From Blasia pusilla (taxonomy: Eukaryota): a DNA stretch of 64,000 bases. The stretch covers positions 15,810,001 to 15,874,000 of the forward strand of contig CM114271.1 in the NCBI GenBank assembly GCA_050084515.1, read 5' to 3'. The translations under genes were made by a program, and so were the position numbers. How positions within the stretch are numbered: the first letter of the stretch is position 1; each line of letters opens with the position of its first letter. The notes beneath the pieces are model-generated. The model was given only the letters and a program-made list of their open reading frames with translations, did not search any database and was not told where the DNA came from. Shown here in pieces: positions 26,527 to 39,639 of this stretch.

Positions 26527-27525
26527 GATTAAATGAAGGAGAGTTACTTCTAGATTCTAATATGCACATGTGCATGGTTGGAAGTTTAATCTATTTGACT
26601 ACAACTAGGCCAAACTTGAGCTACAAAATTGGCCTAGTGAGCTAGTTGACGCAAACACCTTCGAAACCTTACCTTGATGGTTTGAGGAGGATTATGTTGT
26701 ATGTGAAATTCTCTTTTCAATTTGGACTTCAATTTGAACCTTCTTTGAGTTTATAATTATATGGATTCTCATATGCTTATTGGGTAGGAAATGTCATTGA
26801 TATATATTCTATATATGTTTATTCTTTTATTTTGGGAAATGCGGTTATAAGTTGGTCTTTAAAAAAGTAACATATAGTTGCTTTATCTTAAACAGAGGTT
26901 GAGTATAGAGCAGCAACCAATGCAACATGTGAGGTGGTATGATCCTTTCATCGATTACTTATTGAGATTAGGGTTAGTAACTTAGGACCTAGTGTAATAC
27001 ATGCGGACAAGTTTGGTAGCATAAAGCTTGCTAATAACCTTATGTTTTATGCTCAAACAAAGCATGTTGAGATGTAGTACCACTTTATCAGAGAGAAAAT
27101 GTTTGCAGAAGAAATTGATTTTATGTATAAAGATATAGATCTAAAAATCACTCATATCTTTACAAAGACATTATCTAGAGATAAGTTTGAAATGTTTAGA
27201 AATGATTTAGATGTTAGAGATATCGATACGAGCTTGAAGGGAAGTATTGAAGATTGAGTTATTTGAAGCTCATCAAACACACAAAATACTACACTTGGAC
27301 TCACATAAAGTAGGTAAGATTATTCTTGATTAGTTAGTTAGGCACAATTATCTTAACTAGGATTAGTTAAACACACTAAGTATAACTCGAGATTATGGTT
27401 AGGACTAGGATTAGGTTTTCTTGTACATACCTTATATAATTGAGAAGGGGACAAACCTCCATTCTCTTGTTGTAAAATTTTGTTCTTGATGGTGTCGTGT
27501 ATGTGTGTGTGAGCCGTATCCCATT
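26527..27525 (+). mobile_element. Ty1/Copia 3' fragment (RT end, RNase H, PPT, 3' LTR)
   Basis: MVGSLIYLTTTRP, ISWS.KK, VALS.TEVEYRA and KHVEM.YHFIRE motifs. The PPT gagcttgaagggaag at ~27230-27244 is followed by an LTR at ~27245-27525. Confidence 0.85.
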
Positions 27526-28681
27526 GCTTATGCTTATTTAGTAATTTTCTACAATAGATACTACAAATATAGCTTGAATTGTTAACACTGAGATTGCACA
27601 TGTGCAAGTGAATTATATTTATGAGAGTGTATATATGAATGCCCAACTAGTATCCAGTAATAGTAGTTTCCATCTTATTCCAAATTATGAGTATATCAAT
27701 GGGTATTTTAAACATCAAAAATCAGAAATTAGGAAGGGATTCCTCCACTCCATCCAAATGGAGAAGGAGACATCATGTATGAATCTAGAGGATGTAGTAT
27801 TTTTCCAAAGGCATTGAGGCTCTATGTGTAATATTACTAAGGAGATTTGAGGATAAGTCTTTGGTTGGAGGAATGAAGATTTTGGAGGCTATATGTGTAA
27901 TATTCCTAAAGAGATTTGAGGGTAACTCTTTGGTTGAGGAATGAAGAGTTCACGGAAGATCCTTTAGAGAGAAAAAAATGCTTGATGATGTTTTAATAGA
28001 AGTAGAAAATGTTTGGAAGCAATCTAAGGAGTTTAAGTACCTCTTATACTAACCCTAAGTTATATTGATCCTCTTCTTCAGAAAATTTAATCATGCCATG
28101 AGAAGGTAACAACATACCATAACAAAGTGCATCCTCAAACAAGCCTTCATCTTAGACTTTTATTTTCTCCTCACTAATCATTACATAGTTAACTGTGCTT
28201 ATTTGAAACAAAAATTGAAGGGAAATCTTTTATACAAAGATACTAAAGAAAACCAATGTAATGACTTTATATAAGAGGTTGTTAACACCTTTAGTCCCAA
28301 AAGGGGGGTTTCTAGGTTCAAATCATGCCATAAGTTTTAAAAAGAAAATTTAACAACCCAAGATATTGGAAAAGAAACTAGACAATTGTTATGAAACCCC
28401 CGAAAAATTGGAGAATGATCATGAATCTTGAAAAAGTTGTGAGGAAATACTTTTTCAAGTAAGATGATCAAGCTAACCAACTAGACCTCAACATAAAATT
28501 AGACATGTAAAACATGTCTAGGGGAAGGCCTAGAATAAATTGTGTATAGCTAAGTAGATAAATTTAATACAAATGAAAAAGTTGTTTGAGCTTGGATTTG
28601 GATATCTAGAATTTTCCTATAAAAGAGCCACAGAGTATCAACTTTGACTATGAGATTGATTGGAGAATCCTAAGATCGAGT

Positions 28682-28935
28682 GTTGTGCACACACACAATG
28701 CTACACATTACACACAACGTATATTGTTGTCATGATCTTAACACATGTAAACACAAGATACCATAATCACTCATGACATCTACACATATAGACAATTTTG
28801 TACCAAAATATCTTCAATTAATCTCATAGCACAAAACTCTCATATATACTCAATGTCTCTCTCATGTCAAACCAAACCCACACTCCTAATGAAAGGCTTG
28901 GCTTACTCATACGGCAAGGAGGACCATAGCTCTAC
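28682..28935 (-). mobile_element. Partial terminal repeat (B plus end of A) of the DNMT-Gypsy family
   Basis: Shares gtaccaaaatatc and ctcatgtcaaaccaaaccca...cctaatga with 8015-8280. Confidence 0.7.
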
Positions 28936-29084
28936 ATCAACAAGATATCCTTGATCCCTTAAGATTATCCTCTAACCTCCTTGAAGGAAAATTATGGATT
29001 TCCATCAATCCACTACAAAAATATGAGATCTCACAAAGTGAGCCTTTTATATGATAATGACATGTTTACGCACGTATGGCTTGC

Positions 29085-30085
29085 AGAGAGATCATCTAGA
29101 AGACAAGGACCTATAATTGTTATGGTTGGAGACGGGTTAAAGGTTTAACAAGCATCTTTGGCATCTTTTTGACCTTCCTTTTTCTCTATGGATGAGAGTC
29201 CAATGTATCTATAACCATTCTTCGTGATGTTGGTGAGGTGTTGAACCTCAATGACCTTGACATGTGGACGCAAGCATGTTCTTGACAGGCCAAGACATTT
29301 CACCAAGTCCGGCCTACTCATGGCATTTGAGAACTTGGCTATTGCACAACACATTCAGATATACAACTATTTTGGGGGAGGCTATTGACCGAAGATCCAA
29401 AGATTTCATCAAAGATACTACATCTACTCGCAATAGACAACATTAATAACCCTAGATATCACAAAAGGATGCACAAACTTGGATATGCATGAGATTTTGT
29501 CAACAAGAGTCCTTTTGTTGGAGGGACGTAAATGTATGGTTCGAAAGAATCCCTAAACATCATATCACCTTCCTAACATTGATGAGACATTTGATCTAAG
29601 CTTGGCAATCGTACATATAGTCTTGTGTTATATATTGAGTGGATTTGCCACAAGTGCAATCATCGTGTTAGTCTATGATGAACACTTGAGAAGATAGCGT
29701 ATGGCATTTTTTACGTTATGCCTCACTAGGGTTTTTTCAAGATGATTGATGAGTCCCAAATATATATATATATATATATATGATGATTATTTATAAATAT
29801 AGATTTGCTCAAATGACATTGATGACAAGAAAACAATTTTAATGATGCGGCAACATAAGTAACTAGACTTTTAACTCTTAGAATCACAAAGGTGTATGTT
29901 ATGGTAGGAATGGATGGATGGTTAATTGGAATTAAAGAGACCAAAGCACAAACTAAAAGGGTCATAGGAGATCTTTTTGATACATGATTATCTATGCATG
30001 TCGATATCATGATTGAATATCTTGTCTTGGATTTAGGACAATATGGATGATAAATGTAATGTATGTTATGTAGCAATGTGTATAT
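29085..30085 (+). mobile_element. Degraded integrase-PHD-3' region of the DNMT-Gypsy family
   Basis: Blocks ttggtgaggtgttgaacct, catttgagaacttggc and ctcactagggtt match 42085-42575. B-like sequence occurs near 29960-30085. Confidence 0.7.
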
Positions 30086-30424
30086 TTATAGAATTCACAT
30101 CCTTTGTAGTGTCACACAAAAAAAACCACGCGACATAGCTAGGAAGATTGCATTGAGTTGAGATATGAATGATGATGTGATAACTTAAATGTACATGTCA
30201 CTTCCTATTTTGGGCTAGTTTTTTGAAGAATTTATCATTTTGAAAAGTTTCTTGTTTCAAGTGGAGTTTTCTATTTATATGAAGAAAATCACACTTACCA
30301 CACTATCATAGGTTAGGTTAAGGAGATAACATATATCTATGGGCCATCTTAGAGAAGAATAAAAAGAAGAAATCAATTTCTAGTCCACGGAAAGGCCTAT
30401 AGAACCCCTTTCACATATGTAATA

Positions 30425-31590
30425 CTAATAAGGTGCCTGTGCGATGCACAAGAATAAAAAGTGTTTGAAAAATTTTGTTAGTATATAATTTGTGAAGGGA
30501 AGGGATTAATGATGCAACACACAAATTCAAATCTCTTTTATCGCTGCTTGCACGAGGAGATATATTTTCTTGCTGCCTAGTTGCCATGTGTCAAATAGAG
30601 AGGCGAGGTGTTTGCAAATCAAGAAGGCACTCTCCCATAATAATATAGATGTTGCTCGTGCCATGCACGCCTAACATAGTTTCCTCAATAGAATGGCTTA
30701 TAAACAGGTGTCGATGATATTTTTTTAATTATATTTAAAATTTTAAAATATATTTAATTTGAAAATTTAGGTGTAATTTCCACTCTTATAAATCTTAAAA
30801 GAGTAAGAAAATCACCTTTAGATAACATCCATATCCCCTAAATAATTACATTCCTCCCTAAAAGTTCCAAAAAAATTTATTCTTCTCCTTCCACTCTTCC
30901 TACCAAAATCACATTCACTAATTTTTTTTAATTAATTTTATTTAATCAAGTGATTTTCCTTTTCCATTAAAATTTATTTTCCTGTCCCAAAATATCACAT
31001 ATGAATTAATAAAATTAAATTAAAAATAATCACATCATTAATTTAAATTTTAAATTTTAAAAATTATTTTCTAAAATTTTAGAAGAATAAGAAAATTTCA
31101 CTCTTTTAAGTAATTACAGTACTCCATTTAAATTTAAATGATATCCCAATCCTCTAAATATTTTCAACCTTCCATAAAATTTGATCTACTCCTTATCCAT
31201 TAAAATTTTCCCTTTCCATCACATGTGAATTAAGACTCTAATTCTAAAAAAATTTAATCCAAATTATTCTATTTTATTAATATTTATAATCCCCCATTAT
31301 AATATTACATAAATTATTATACTTAATAAAATATTTTTCTATTTTATTCAAATCCCTATGATTTTTTCTAATTGGAATATTTCTACCTATCTAGTGTGGT
31401 TTAAATAATAGAATTCAAACAGATTCATTACTTGAATGCCCCCTCCCTACCCCTCAAGCCTCACTACTTGAATACCCCTCCCCCTTCACGTGTCAGCCCT
31501 CCACGTGTCGTAAGGCTAAGACCTCAAAACGCCTACGTGTCATTACCCGAGGACGGGTTCTCAAACCCCGTCCTCTTTTAATAATATAGA
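30425..31590 (-). mobile_element. Non-autonomous Helitron(s), AT-rich
   Basis: Minus-strand 5' ends A|TCTATATTAT at 31590 and 30649. A 3' hairpin gtgcatcgcac followed by TTAG|T lies at ~30425-30450. Confidence 0.6.
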
Positions 31591-31849
31591 TTGACAATAC
31601 ATATGACCTACAACTTTACGTCCAAATTTCAAACATTTCTATTCGAGATTCCCATGGAGGAGATTTGGTTTATGAGTGAGGGTGTGGAATTTTTTATCCA
31701 AATTTTTAACCCACGAACATAGTGAAGACACACACACATGAAAGGCACACAAGGTGTGTTATGTCTAGAAGATGGACCATACATACCCTAGGTAGGGGAC
31801 ATAACTACTCTTGGAGGTTGAGGCCAACTTTCACTATCCAAGGAGAGGA

Positions 31850-32046
31850 ATTGGGGACTTCTTTGAAAGGATCTTCTATCACTCCAATCCGTATGACTTA
31901 AAGAGTGATAGAAGATCCTTTCAAAGAAGTCCCCAATCCGTATGACTTAAAGAGTGATAGAAGATCCTTTGAAAGAAGTCATACGGATTGGGGACTTCTT
32001 TGAAAGGATCCTTTCAAAGAAGTCCTATCCAATTCGTATGACTTAA
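31850..32046. repeat. Complex direct/inverted repeat cluster
   Basis: A perfect 35-bp stem (31850-31884 / 31903-31937), a 34-bp perfect palindrome (31992-32025) and a repeated ccaatccgtatgactt motif. Confidence 0.92.
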
Positions 32047-35000
32047 ATGCCTACCGCGGATTTTGTAACCCCACTCATGCAACTTAAATTCAAGTGATTA
32101 ACGACCTCATAATGGTTCCTCTCCCGTGTATCTTCTCTCCCCTATGTGGTTGTATACTTCGTATAAAAACTTGTTTGTATATGCAAGATTGTATATGGAC
32201 ACTTTTTCTCTCGTCCCCCAACTTCCCCTCCCTCCCTAGTATTCTCTCCTCTCCGTGCGGGTATTGTATTCCGTGGTTGTATATATTGGTTTGTATTTCT
32301 GTCCCCTCCCTCCCTAGTATTCTCTCCTCTTTGTGTAGGTATTTTATTCTGTGTGTGTATATGTATATGTACTGGTTTGTATTTCCGTCTTAATTTTTTC
32401 CTGGTCCGGCTATTCCTCTCATGGTATGTATACCTCCTATAACAATTTTTCTCTCGTCCCAAAAATTACCCTCCCAAAATGTGTCTGGTATAGAAATTAC
32501 TTCGGTGGGCAATTTGTTTTAAAGGGCCGCTGTCACGTATTTTAGGATAGATCGGCAAGATCTAGTAGAGCGCCTTTGGAGGTACTGGAGGACAACCTCA
32601 AGAGGTTGAGGATGATCTGTTGAGGCCACGGGTAACCTGAGAGAACATGTTTCCCCTTCGTTTCGGCTCATTTGGAGACATATAGAGAAAATATTTTGGG
32701 TAAGTTTCCATTTGGAGTATAGTTGAATTTCCATTTTTGGAAGTGGCCCTTGACCCGCTATAGCAGGTCAAGAGCCAAGGAGGTGACTTGCGAGCATAGG
32801 TTACCGAGGAGAGAGCTTGGGAGAGAGAAGGGGGTATACCTCCAAGAGCGAGAGAGCTTGAGAGCTCATTCTCCCTTTGTTGAACCTCTTGGCATCAGGG
32901 AGCAGAGCTATGGTCTTGCTTACCTTGTGTGTGTAACCCAAGCGTCTCATTAGGAGAATGGGTTTGGTTTGACATGAAAGAGAGTGCACACCATGGAGAG
33001 CTTGGTGTGAGAGATGTGATGTGAGATCTACAATGGAGGAGCTAGCTGGTGCTCGCTATTTGGTGCAGGTTGGGGACCGTGTTTCCCGCTTCATGACTCA
33101 TGGGAGTGCTCACGGAGGAAAGAGCCATGCAGTTTGTTGTTTTGCATTGCTGATTTTCGTACGGGAGACTGGCACGCGGAAGTGCTGCCCAATTTTTGAT
33201 AGGAATTGAGTATGGGGGCGGATTGCTCCATGCTGGTGCTCGCGAGAGCACTGTGTAGCTCTTTGGTTTGTTTTGTGATAGGTTTTCAAATTTTATTGGG
33301 AGAAATCAACGCAGAAGCGTTGCTGAATTTTTGTAGGAGAAGAGACATTGGGTTGCACGACAGTCCCCGTCAGTTTTTGGGGGAAGATTGAATGGAGAAA
33401 CCAATGTAAGGAGGTCGTATCGGGAAGCTGTGCACGTTGAGGAAGAAACGGTGCGCGATTTCATCATCTGACCATGAAGTTACAACAGTTTTGGTTGGGC
33501 TGCCATAACCACTATTCCAAGGTGTGAGTGAAATTTCCAAAATCCTTGGATAGAAATCCTTTTAAGAAGTAGAAAAAAATAAAAATCTTTTTACTTAAAT
33601 GGATAGGACAAGGGCACATGTCCTTTGAGTTAGAAGTTAGGGTGAAAATTTTATTTCAGGGGAGTTGACTCTTTTTTTGTGTGAAGAGTGTGAGTGGGAG
33701 CCAAATTGGAAAACATTTAGGGGGTAGACCCAGTTTTCTGGGGGTCATTTGAGTAAAGTGACAAGTAAAAGGAGGGACGTCCTGCCGAGATTACCGCCGA
33801 CTTGCTGTGTCGGTGAAGTATAAGCTGCCGGAACTGTGTGCCTCTCCGCTGCCTGCTTTGCTGCCGAAAATTGCCGCTGCTAAATGCTCGGAGCTGTTGA
33901 CCTTGCCGCGCTACTACCGCCGCTTGATTTTAGCCGTGCTACTACCGCCGCTTTGACCTTGCCGTACTACTACCGTCTGGCTGTTGACCTAGCCGCGTTA
34001 CTACCTCGATGACCCTGTCGGCGTGGCCTTGACGCGGTTGTGCCGTGCGTTGCTACTGCAGAGCCGCGACCACAGGGGGGAAGCTACTGCGCAGCCACTG
34101 CTGCCTGGTGGAGACTGCCACGACCTGCCTGCTCGGGAGCCCGTGCCGCGGCCATGTCATTGTCAGCCGGCGTTGGAGTTATTTTTGCCCTCCCTCGCGA
34201 TCGCCTACGTGGTTGCTCGCAGTGCGCGCTCTGCTGCGGTTTACCCTATTTTAGGCTTGTTCCATCACAGGCCCCGGAGCCGTCGCGCCCGAGTGGTGCC
34301 CGGGCAGCTGTAGCCGCGAATACAGCCGAAGCCGCTGTGCCCTGTAATGCTGTTTTGCGCTTGTGGACGATGCTACTGCGTTCACTCCTTACGGTGACTG
34401 TCACCGTTGCCACGTCATATGCGCCTGCCGGCGTCGAGCTGTCATGCCCGTCCGTGGATCTCCGTCCGCGGATTTTTGTGTACTGTCCGGCCCTTCCGTT
34501 CAGCTCCGTTCAAGCGCCGTTCGGACAGTCAACGCCGACAGTCCCGACTCCCTTCCTGGTCCACTCTACCCGGCGCGGTCAGGACCTTTCACCGTTTTTC
34601 GCCGTTTCGGATCGGCGACGCTCCATCCGTTACTCCTCCGTCAACGGCGTCAGTTTCCGTTTGTTACCCCATTGGAAATTGAACGGTGGGACCTTGGGAC
34701 AATTGATTTTTATTTTATGCCACCGCCACATATTTGTTCTGGCCGCTACCGTCCTGGCAGTGTGCGTCATCCTTGGATTGATGGGGTGGTAGTGTTTTTC
34801 CGCTTTACTATGTTGTGATTGGTAGCCGCTTGACGACGATCGAGTATCGTGCCCTGACGCCCGTAGCCGCAACGTGCCGCCGATTGCCGCACCGTACCCC
34901 TTATGGTTGCACCGCACCATTTCGATCGCGGAGCCGCACCATCATTGGAGCAGATCGTGTTTTTTTTGAGGAGGATATGCCGCTTAGTGCCGCACCCATT

Positions 35001-35375
35001 TCCGAGTTCCGTGCCGCCAGTGCTGCACCGTCTGATGGACCCGCATCGCACATCGAGGAGATTTGAGCATCGTTTGTACCCGAGGAGTACGACTTGCTGA
35101 TTGGAGGAGATTTTCATCATGATTGAGTTGGGGTCAAGATTTGCAGTTGTTGAGGAGCGACATCGACATTTGTTGTCAGGTTACCCATTATGGTCTTTTG
35201 CCTTGCACGTGTGAGGGAATTCCGGGTATTGGGCAGTTATTTGGGGATATTGGGTTTCGTGCGGATGCTGAGAGCATCATTCATGTATGGGTTTAGGGAA
35301 CATAGACTTGTGTGGGATGTCCAGAGTTGAGGGTATCTCCTATTGATGAGATGATAGGACAATAGTCTATGTTCC

Positions 35376-36527
35376 TGTAATGTCTAAGTATTTCTTATTT
35401 ATAGTCAATTGTAGAGTTCGATCCCCAAGAGGATCATTGTTGGATGAAAAGAGAGTATAAAGTGATGATTATGTTGTAAAAGTGTAATTGATTATGTAAT
35501 TCAATTGTAGTATTCCAGTATCAGCTTCCGATCCTTCTTAGTACCTATGTTTTCTTCTTCAATTCTCTCGAGTGGATTTTAAAGGACGCTCAGGCAATTT
35601 GTTCTCTCATCATCTCGGAACGTCACAGAGACCTCAAGAATAAAGATGGCTTCTCCTACTTTCGGAACTCAATCCGTCGGGGCAGGTTACTCTCTATCAA
35701 ACTGATTTCATACAACTTTATATTGATTATTCCATTGATGAGAAAGGTTCGCCTGATTCACTCTTCACTCGATTGCACTCCAAAAAAAGAATGTTCAGAC
35801 ATAAGCATCGCACATCAGAATGAATGAATGAATGCTTTACTACTCCATCAAGAATTGGAAGACTTCAAAGTATCTACAAGCTCGAGAGGGTACATCTCTC
35901 TTGCTCGGACCATTCCTACAGCATAAGGACTTCATGAGCGAATGATGATAATAGCTTCTGTCCTGTTTCTTAAATATTCTCGAGAGTAGGATCGTTTCTA
36001 TGATCCGAAGTGTTCTTGATGAAGTTGGTGTCTCTTCAATATCTGTAACTACCTAGATCTATGGTTCTCTTAGCTTTTCCTACGATCCCTATGAATCCGC
36101 GGTACAAAACTGTCCTAACGACCAATTTGATACAAAGGGTCGCGCCCTTTCCTAGTCTCATTCTGTAAACTATGTGTCGTTTCGAATCTCAATTCGCTGT
36201 GCTAAATTTCCGGAGGACGAAGTTCTTCTTTCTTCTTCGTGCTTTGCTGAAGAACGAGGTACTTCGTATATAGAGCTTTGTTAGACTTCGTTAAACTTCG
36301 TTAAGCTTCACTGGGCTTCGTGTTGAGCCTTTATACTTCTTTGCAGCTTTTGACTCTCCTCTAAGGCAAATCCTTGATCTTCATCTCTCTGCCTTGTCTT
36401 CGGAGCTTGGTGATTCACTTATTCTTCTTTATAATAATAGATAATCATAATCAAAATCATAATATACAAGAGTCTTCGTTGAATAAAATGATACATTCTT
36501 CAAGATTACAAAATTGTGGGTATCACA
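35376..36527. mobile_element. Probable solo LTR nested in the leader of the DNMT-Gypsy element
   Basis: TGTAAT...ATCACA ends flanked by a perfect 5-bp direct repeat GTTCC (35371-35375 and 36528-36532). The segment is non-coding and more AT-rich than its flanks. Confidence 0.6.
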
Positions 36528-36637
36528 GTTCCGCACCACGCCGCTTGTTGCCGCACAACACACGTCTGTGAGTGAGAGAGTGTGGATTGAGTGCCGCCTG
36601 TTTAGTTGAGTGCTTGAGTGATTACTCGTGAGGTTGA

Positions 36638-36857
<220 letters not shown>

Positions 36858-37049
36858 TAGTGTGTGTGGTCATCATCGCGTCCTTTCAGGACTTTGAGAG
36901 GCGAGATGGTGGACTTGAGAGGGTTTTACGCGGAGTGGCGCGAGGTTTCGAGGGTCTTCACGTAAGAGACCACATCGATCTCCTTCTGTGTGGTCTTCAG
37001 ACGAAGGGGAGAGTGTAGAGGATTGTGTTAGTGATCCACCGCACATAGT

Positions 37050-37930
37050 TAGTGGTCCCACTAGTTGGGCGTACGAGATGGACGACCGGGGTAGAGGACC
37101 ACGTAGGTTTTCGATTGTTATAGGCACGATAAAGTTGCACGACTTTATTGCAGAGTTTAGGAGTAGGTGTGACTCACAACGGGCTAGGAACTCTAGAGAG
37201 TTCAACTCGTTCACAGCATGGAACAGTATGTTCTAGCATTTAGAGGGGGCGCCCATGGACGATTACTATGAGTAAAGATATGCCCAGGAGATTGAGGCAT
37301 GGTGACTCTACTATGACCTACACTATGTGTCATGGACTAAGCCGTTTCCCGATGAGGAGGAGAAGTCAGGAGAGGGTTCCTCCACCAATGATGTTGTAGG
37401 AGGGGTGACTCGCACTGGAGCAGTTGCATCGTCCACTCGAGTTCGGCCCCAGTTCAACCCCGTGGTTGAGTTCTTTGCTAAGTTGAGGGCAAGCTACCAG
37501 GGGGTACGGACGGAGAAGTTGCGGAGCACCCACGACTTCCAGAGTCGGCCAGATGAGATTTTGCGTGAGGCCTACATCCACTTGCGCTGGTTGATTAACG
37601 TCACCCAGGGGGTGATAGAGGCTTAGGCTATCTAGACATGGTACGCGATGTTGGACCGGAACCTACGGACACGGGTGCTTCTTATGAACACTTCCCCTAC
37701 ATTAAGAGATATTTTTAGTACCGCCAAGAACATTGAGCGCAACATGGCAGAGGAGATCATAGCCACCATGGAGGTCGTGGTGAGGATTTGCCCAAGACAT
37801 CCTACAAATGAGTCCGTGGTACGAGCCAAGGTGATAGTGACTGATGCACAGTCCTACGATGTCTTGGTTGGTGGAGCAGTGTTGTACCCGATGCGGTTTT
37901 CCCTAGATTACTGGGAGGAGTCAACCTCTT
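37050..37930 (+). pseudogene. Retrotransposon gag and C-terminal aspartic protease remnant
   Basis: EFFAKLRASYQG...LRSTHDFQSRPDEILREAYIHLRWL is gag-like, and RAKVIVTDAQSYDVLVGGAVL is the protease C-terminal DhLhG motif. The catalytic D-S/T-G is not seen and is probably deleted. Confidence 0.6.
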
Positions 37931-38339
37931 AGAGACCAGGATGGCAATAAGGTGATGGGCGCCTTAGCTCATTACCCGTTCGATTCACACGTGCAGTGAT
38001 CGAGCGCCGGCCAAGAGAGATGGCGATTTTAGTAGCATTTAGCAGCGCCATGACTTGGCCTAGTGATTTGATCGAGGGACATGTCCATGTAGAGGATACT
38101 CATGTTCCTGACATTTTTATGGAGAGGAGTGTCATGGTAGCCTCATCAGTCCGTGGAGGAGAGGTGCCACTTTGGGGATCGACGAGGAGCTTCGACACTT
38201 AGCCTCTGAGCATGTGCAGACCGCGTGGAGCGAGGCGTTTGCACCAGAGCATGACGGGTCAGAGGAACCTAAGGTAGCCGAGAGTGCTATGATGATGCCC
38301 TTGGATATCACACCCATTGTGTGGCGCATCCCAGAGGAG

Positions 38340-39290
38340 GGTATTCGGGTGTTGGATCTCTTTGGAGGGATCATCACTGGGTTAGCTATTGTTTTGCACA
38401 CAGGAGTGCGCGTGCAGCAAAACCTATACGTGGAGATTGATGATGTTGCGAGGCGCACTTCACTTCATCATATGGCGCAGTTACGCCTCCATTTTCCCGA
38501 CTTGTTGTCTGCATCCGCTCTCGAGGGATACTAGAGTTCCCTATCGAGGGATATTTCATTGCTGGGGGCACGGGACTTGGAGCGGATAAGGATCTTTGAT
38601 GCTTGGTCATTGCTGGTTGGTCGTGTCAAGGCCAATTGAGTGTTGGACGGGATAGTGGATTAGCTGACTCGCGGTCCAGGTTATTTTGGGAGATGATGCG
38701 GATCTTGCGATATTTACATGAGCATCAGTCCCGTTCCCCAACATACATTATGGAGAATGTGCCAATTTTGGGCGATTCGAGGTCCCGCATGGTGACGAAT
38801 GCACATCAGGTGCGCGCATGGATTGGCGCCGGCAATGTTGTTGGATGCGGCAAGTGTAGGTTCATGAGCACATCGCCTGCGTCTTTGGTGGACCAACTTG
38901 GTCCCACATGAGGTTTTGCGGAGGGCGTATGCGAGAGTGGATCGCCCCTCCGATTTGTTGGTGGATTCTATGTTAGATCCATGTCGTCGATCACAAGTAG
39001 TGAGGGACGATGATCAATTGCCGATGATTGTGGTCAACAAGATTGGCATGCCATGAGCACCCTTTCCCACATTGGTGAGTTTTCTCGTTCCTATGCATTC
39101 AAGGAGGCCGGACTTGGCTTGGTTTGGGATGACCAAGTACAGCGGTTGGTGGAGCCCAACGCCGATGAGCGAGAGCGAGCGATGGGATTTCCCATAGGAG
39201 TGACGGCAGTACCGTCACTATCAGAGGCATCATGACGTCGTGTCTTGGGTCAAGCGATGGACCTGGACTGCTTGACATGGATTTTCAGCT
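38340..39290 (+). pseudogene. DNMT3-like C5 cytosine DNA methyltransferase domain inside retrotransposon pol (frameshifted)
   Basis: Motifs occur in canonical order: I GIRVLDLFGGIITGL; II YVEID; IV LVIAGWSCQ (PCQ); SRLFWEMMRIL; VI YIMENVP; VIII DAASVGS*AHRLRLWWTNL; IX ERERAMGFPIGVT; X RRVLGQAMD. Confidence 0.9.
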
Positions 39291-39639
39291 TAGGAGTAGT
39301 TGAGAAGCGTTGTTTGTGGATGCGACAGATCACAGTTGTTGTGTTGGTGAGCCCATGCCTACCGAGACGGTTGAGGCAGTGGCTGGGGGCGAAACACGAG
39401 CACATCGACACACCAGGGGTGACTGGGAGAGACACCCTTGGACTTCTCGGGATGTTTTGCAGGTACGCTAGGAGATGGTAGCCACAACATCAAGCGTGGT
39501 TGTGGGTACTGCATATGGAGATCAGAGTTTGAAGTTGGATGCAGGGGAGCAACCGAGTGCTACTTCTCGAGACGGGGTTGCACCATATCAACCACCTACA
39601 CCCACGCCGGAGAGTCGTACTGTAGTTTCGATGGAGATT

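Noticed and set aside
27816-27947. ~65-bp tandem duplication, plus short duplications at 43708-43755 and 43811-43874, as possible CRISPR-like arrays
   Set aside because: Each has only two adjacent copies with no spacers, in a eukaryotic context with no cas genes.
34040-34792. 250-aa ORF, the longest in the ORF track
   Set aside because: It has a non-ATG start, lies in a GC-rich low-stop region open in several frames, and has no recognisable domain.
38340-39290. Host DNMT3/DRM gene or bacterial contamination
   Set aside because: The domain is intronless, colinear within pol, decayed like the rest of the element and present in a second family copy.
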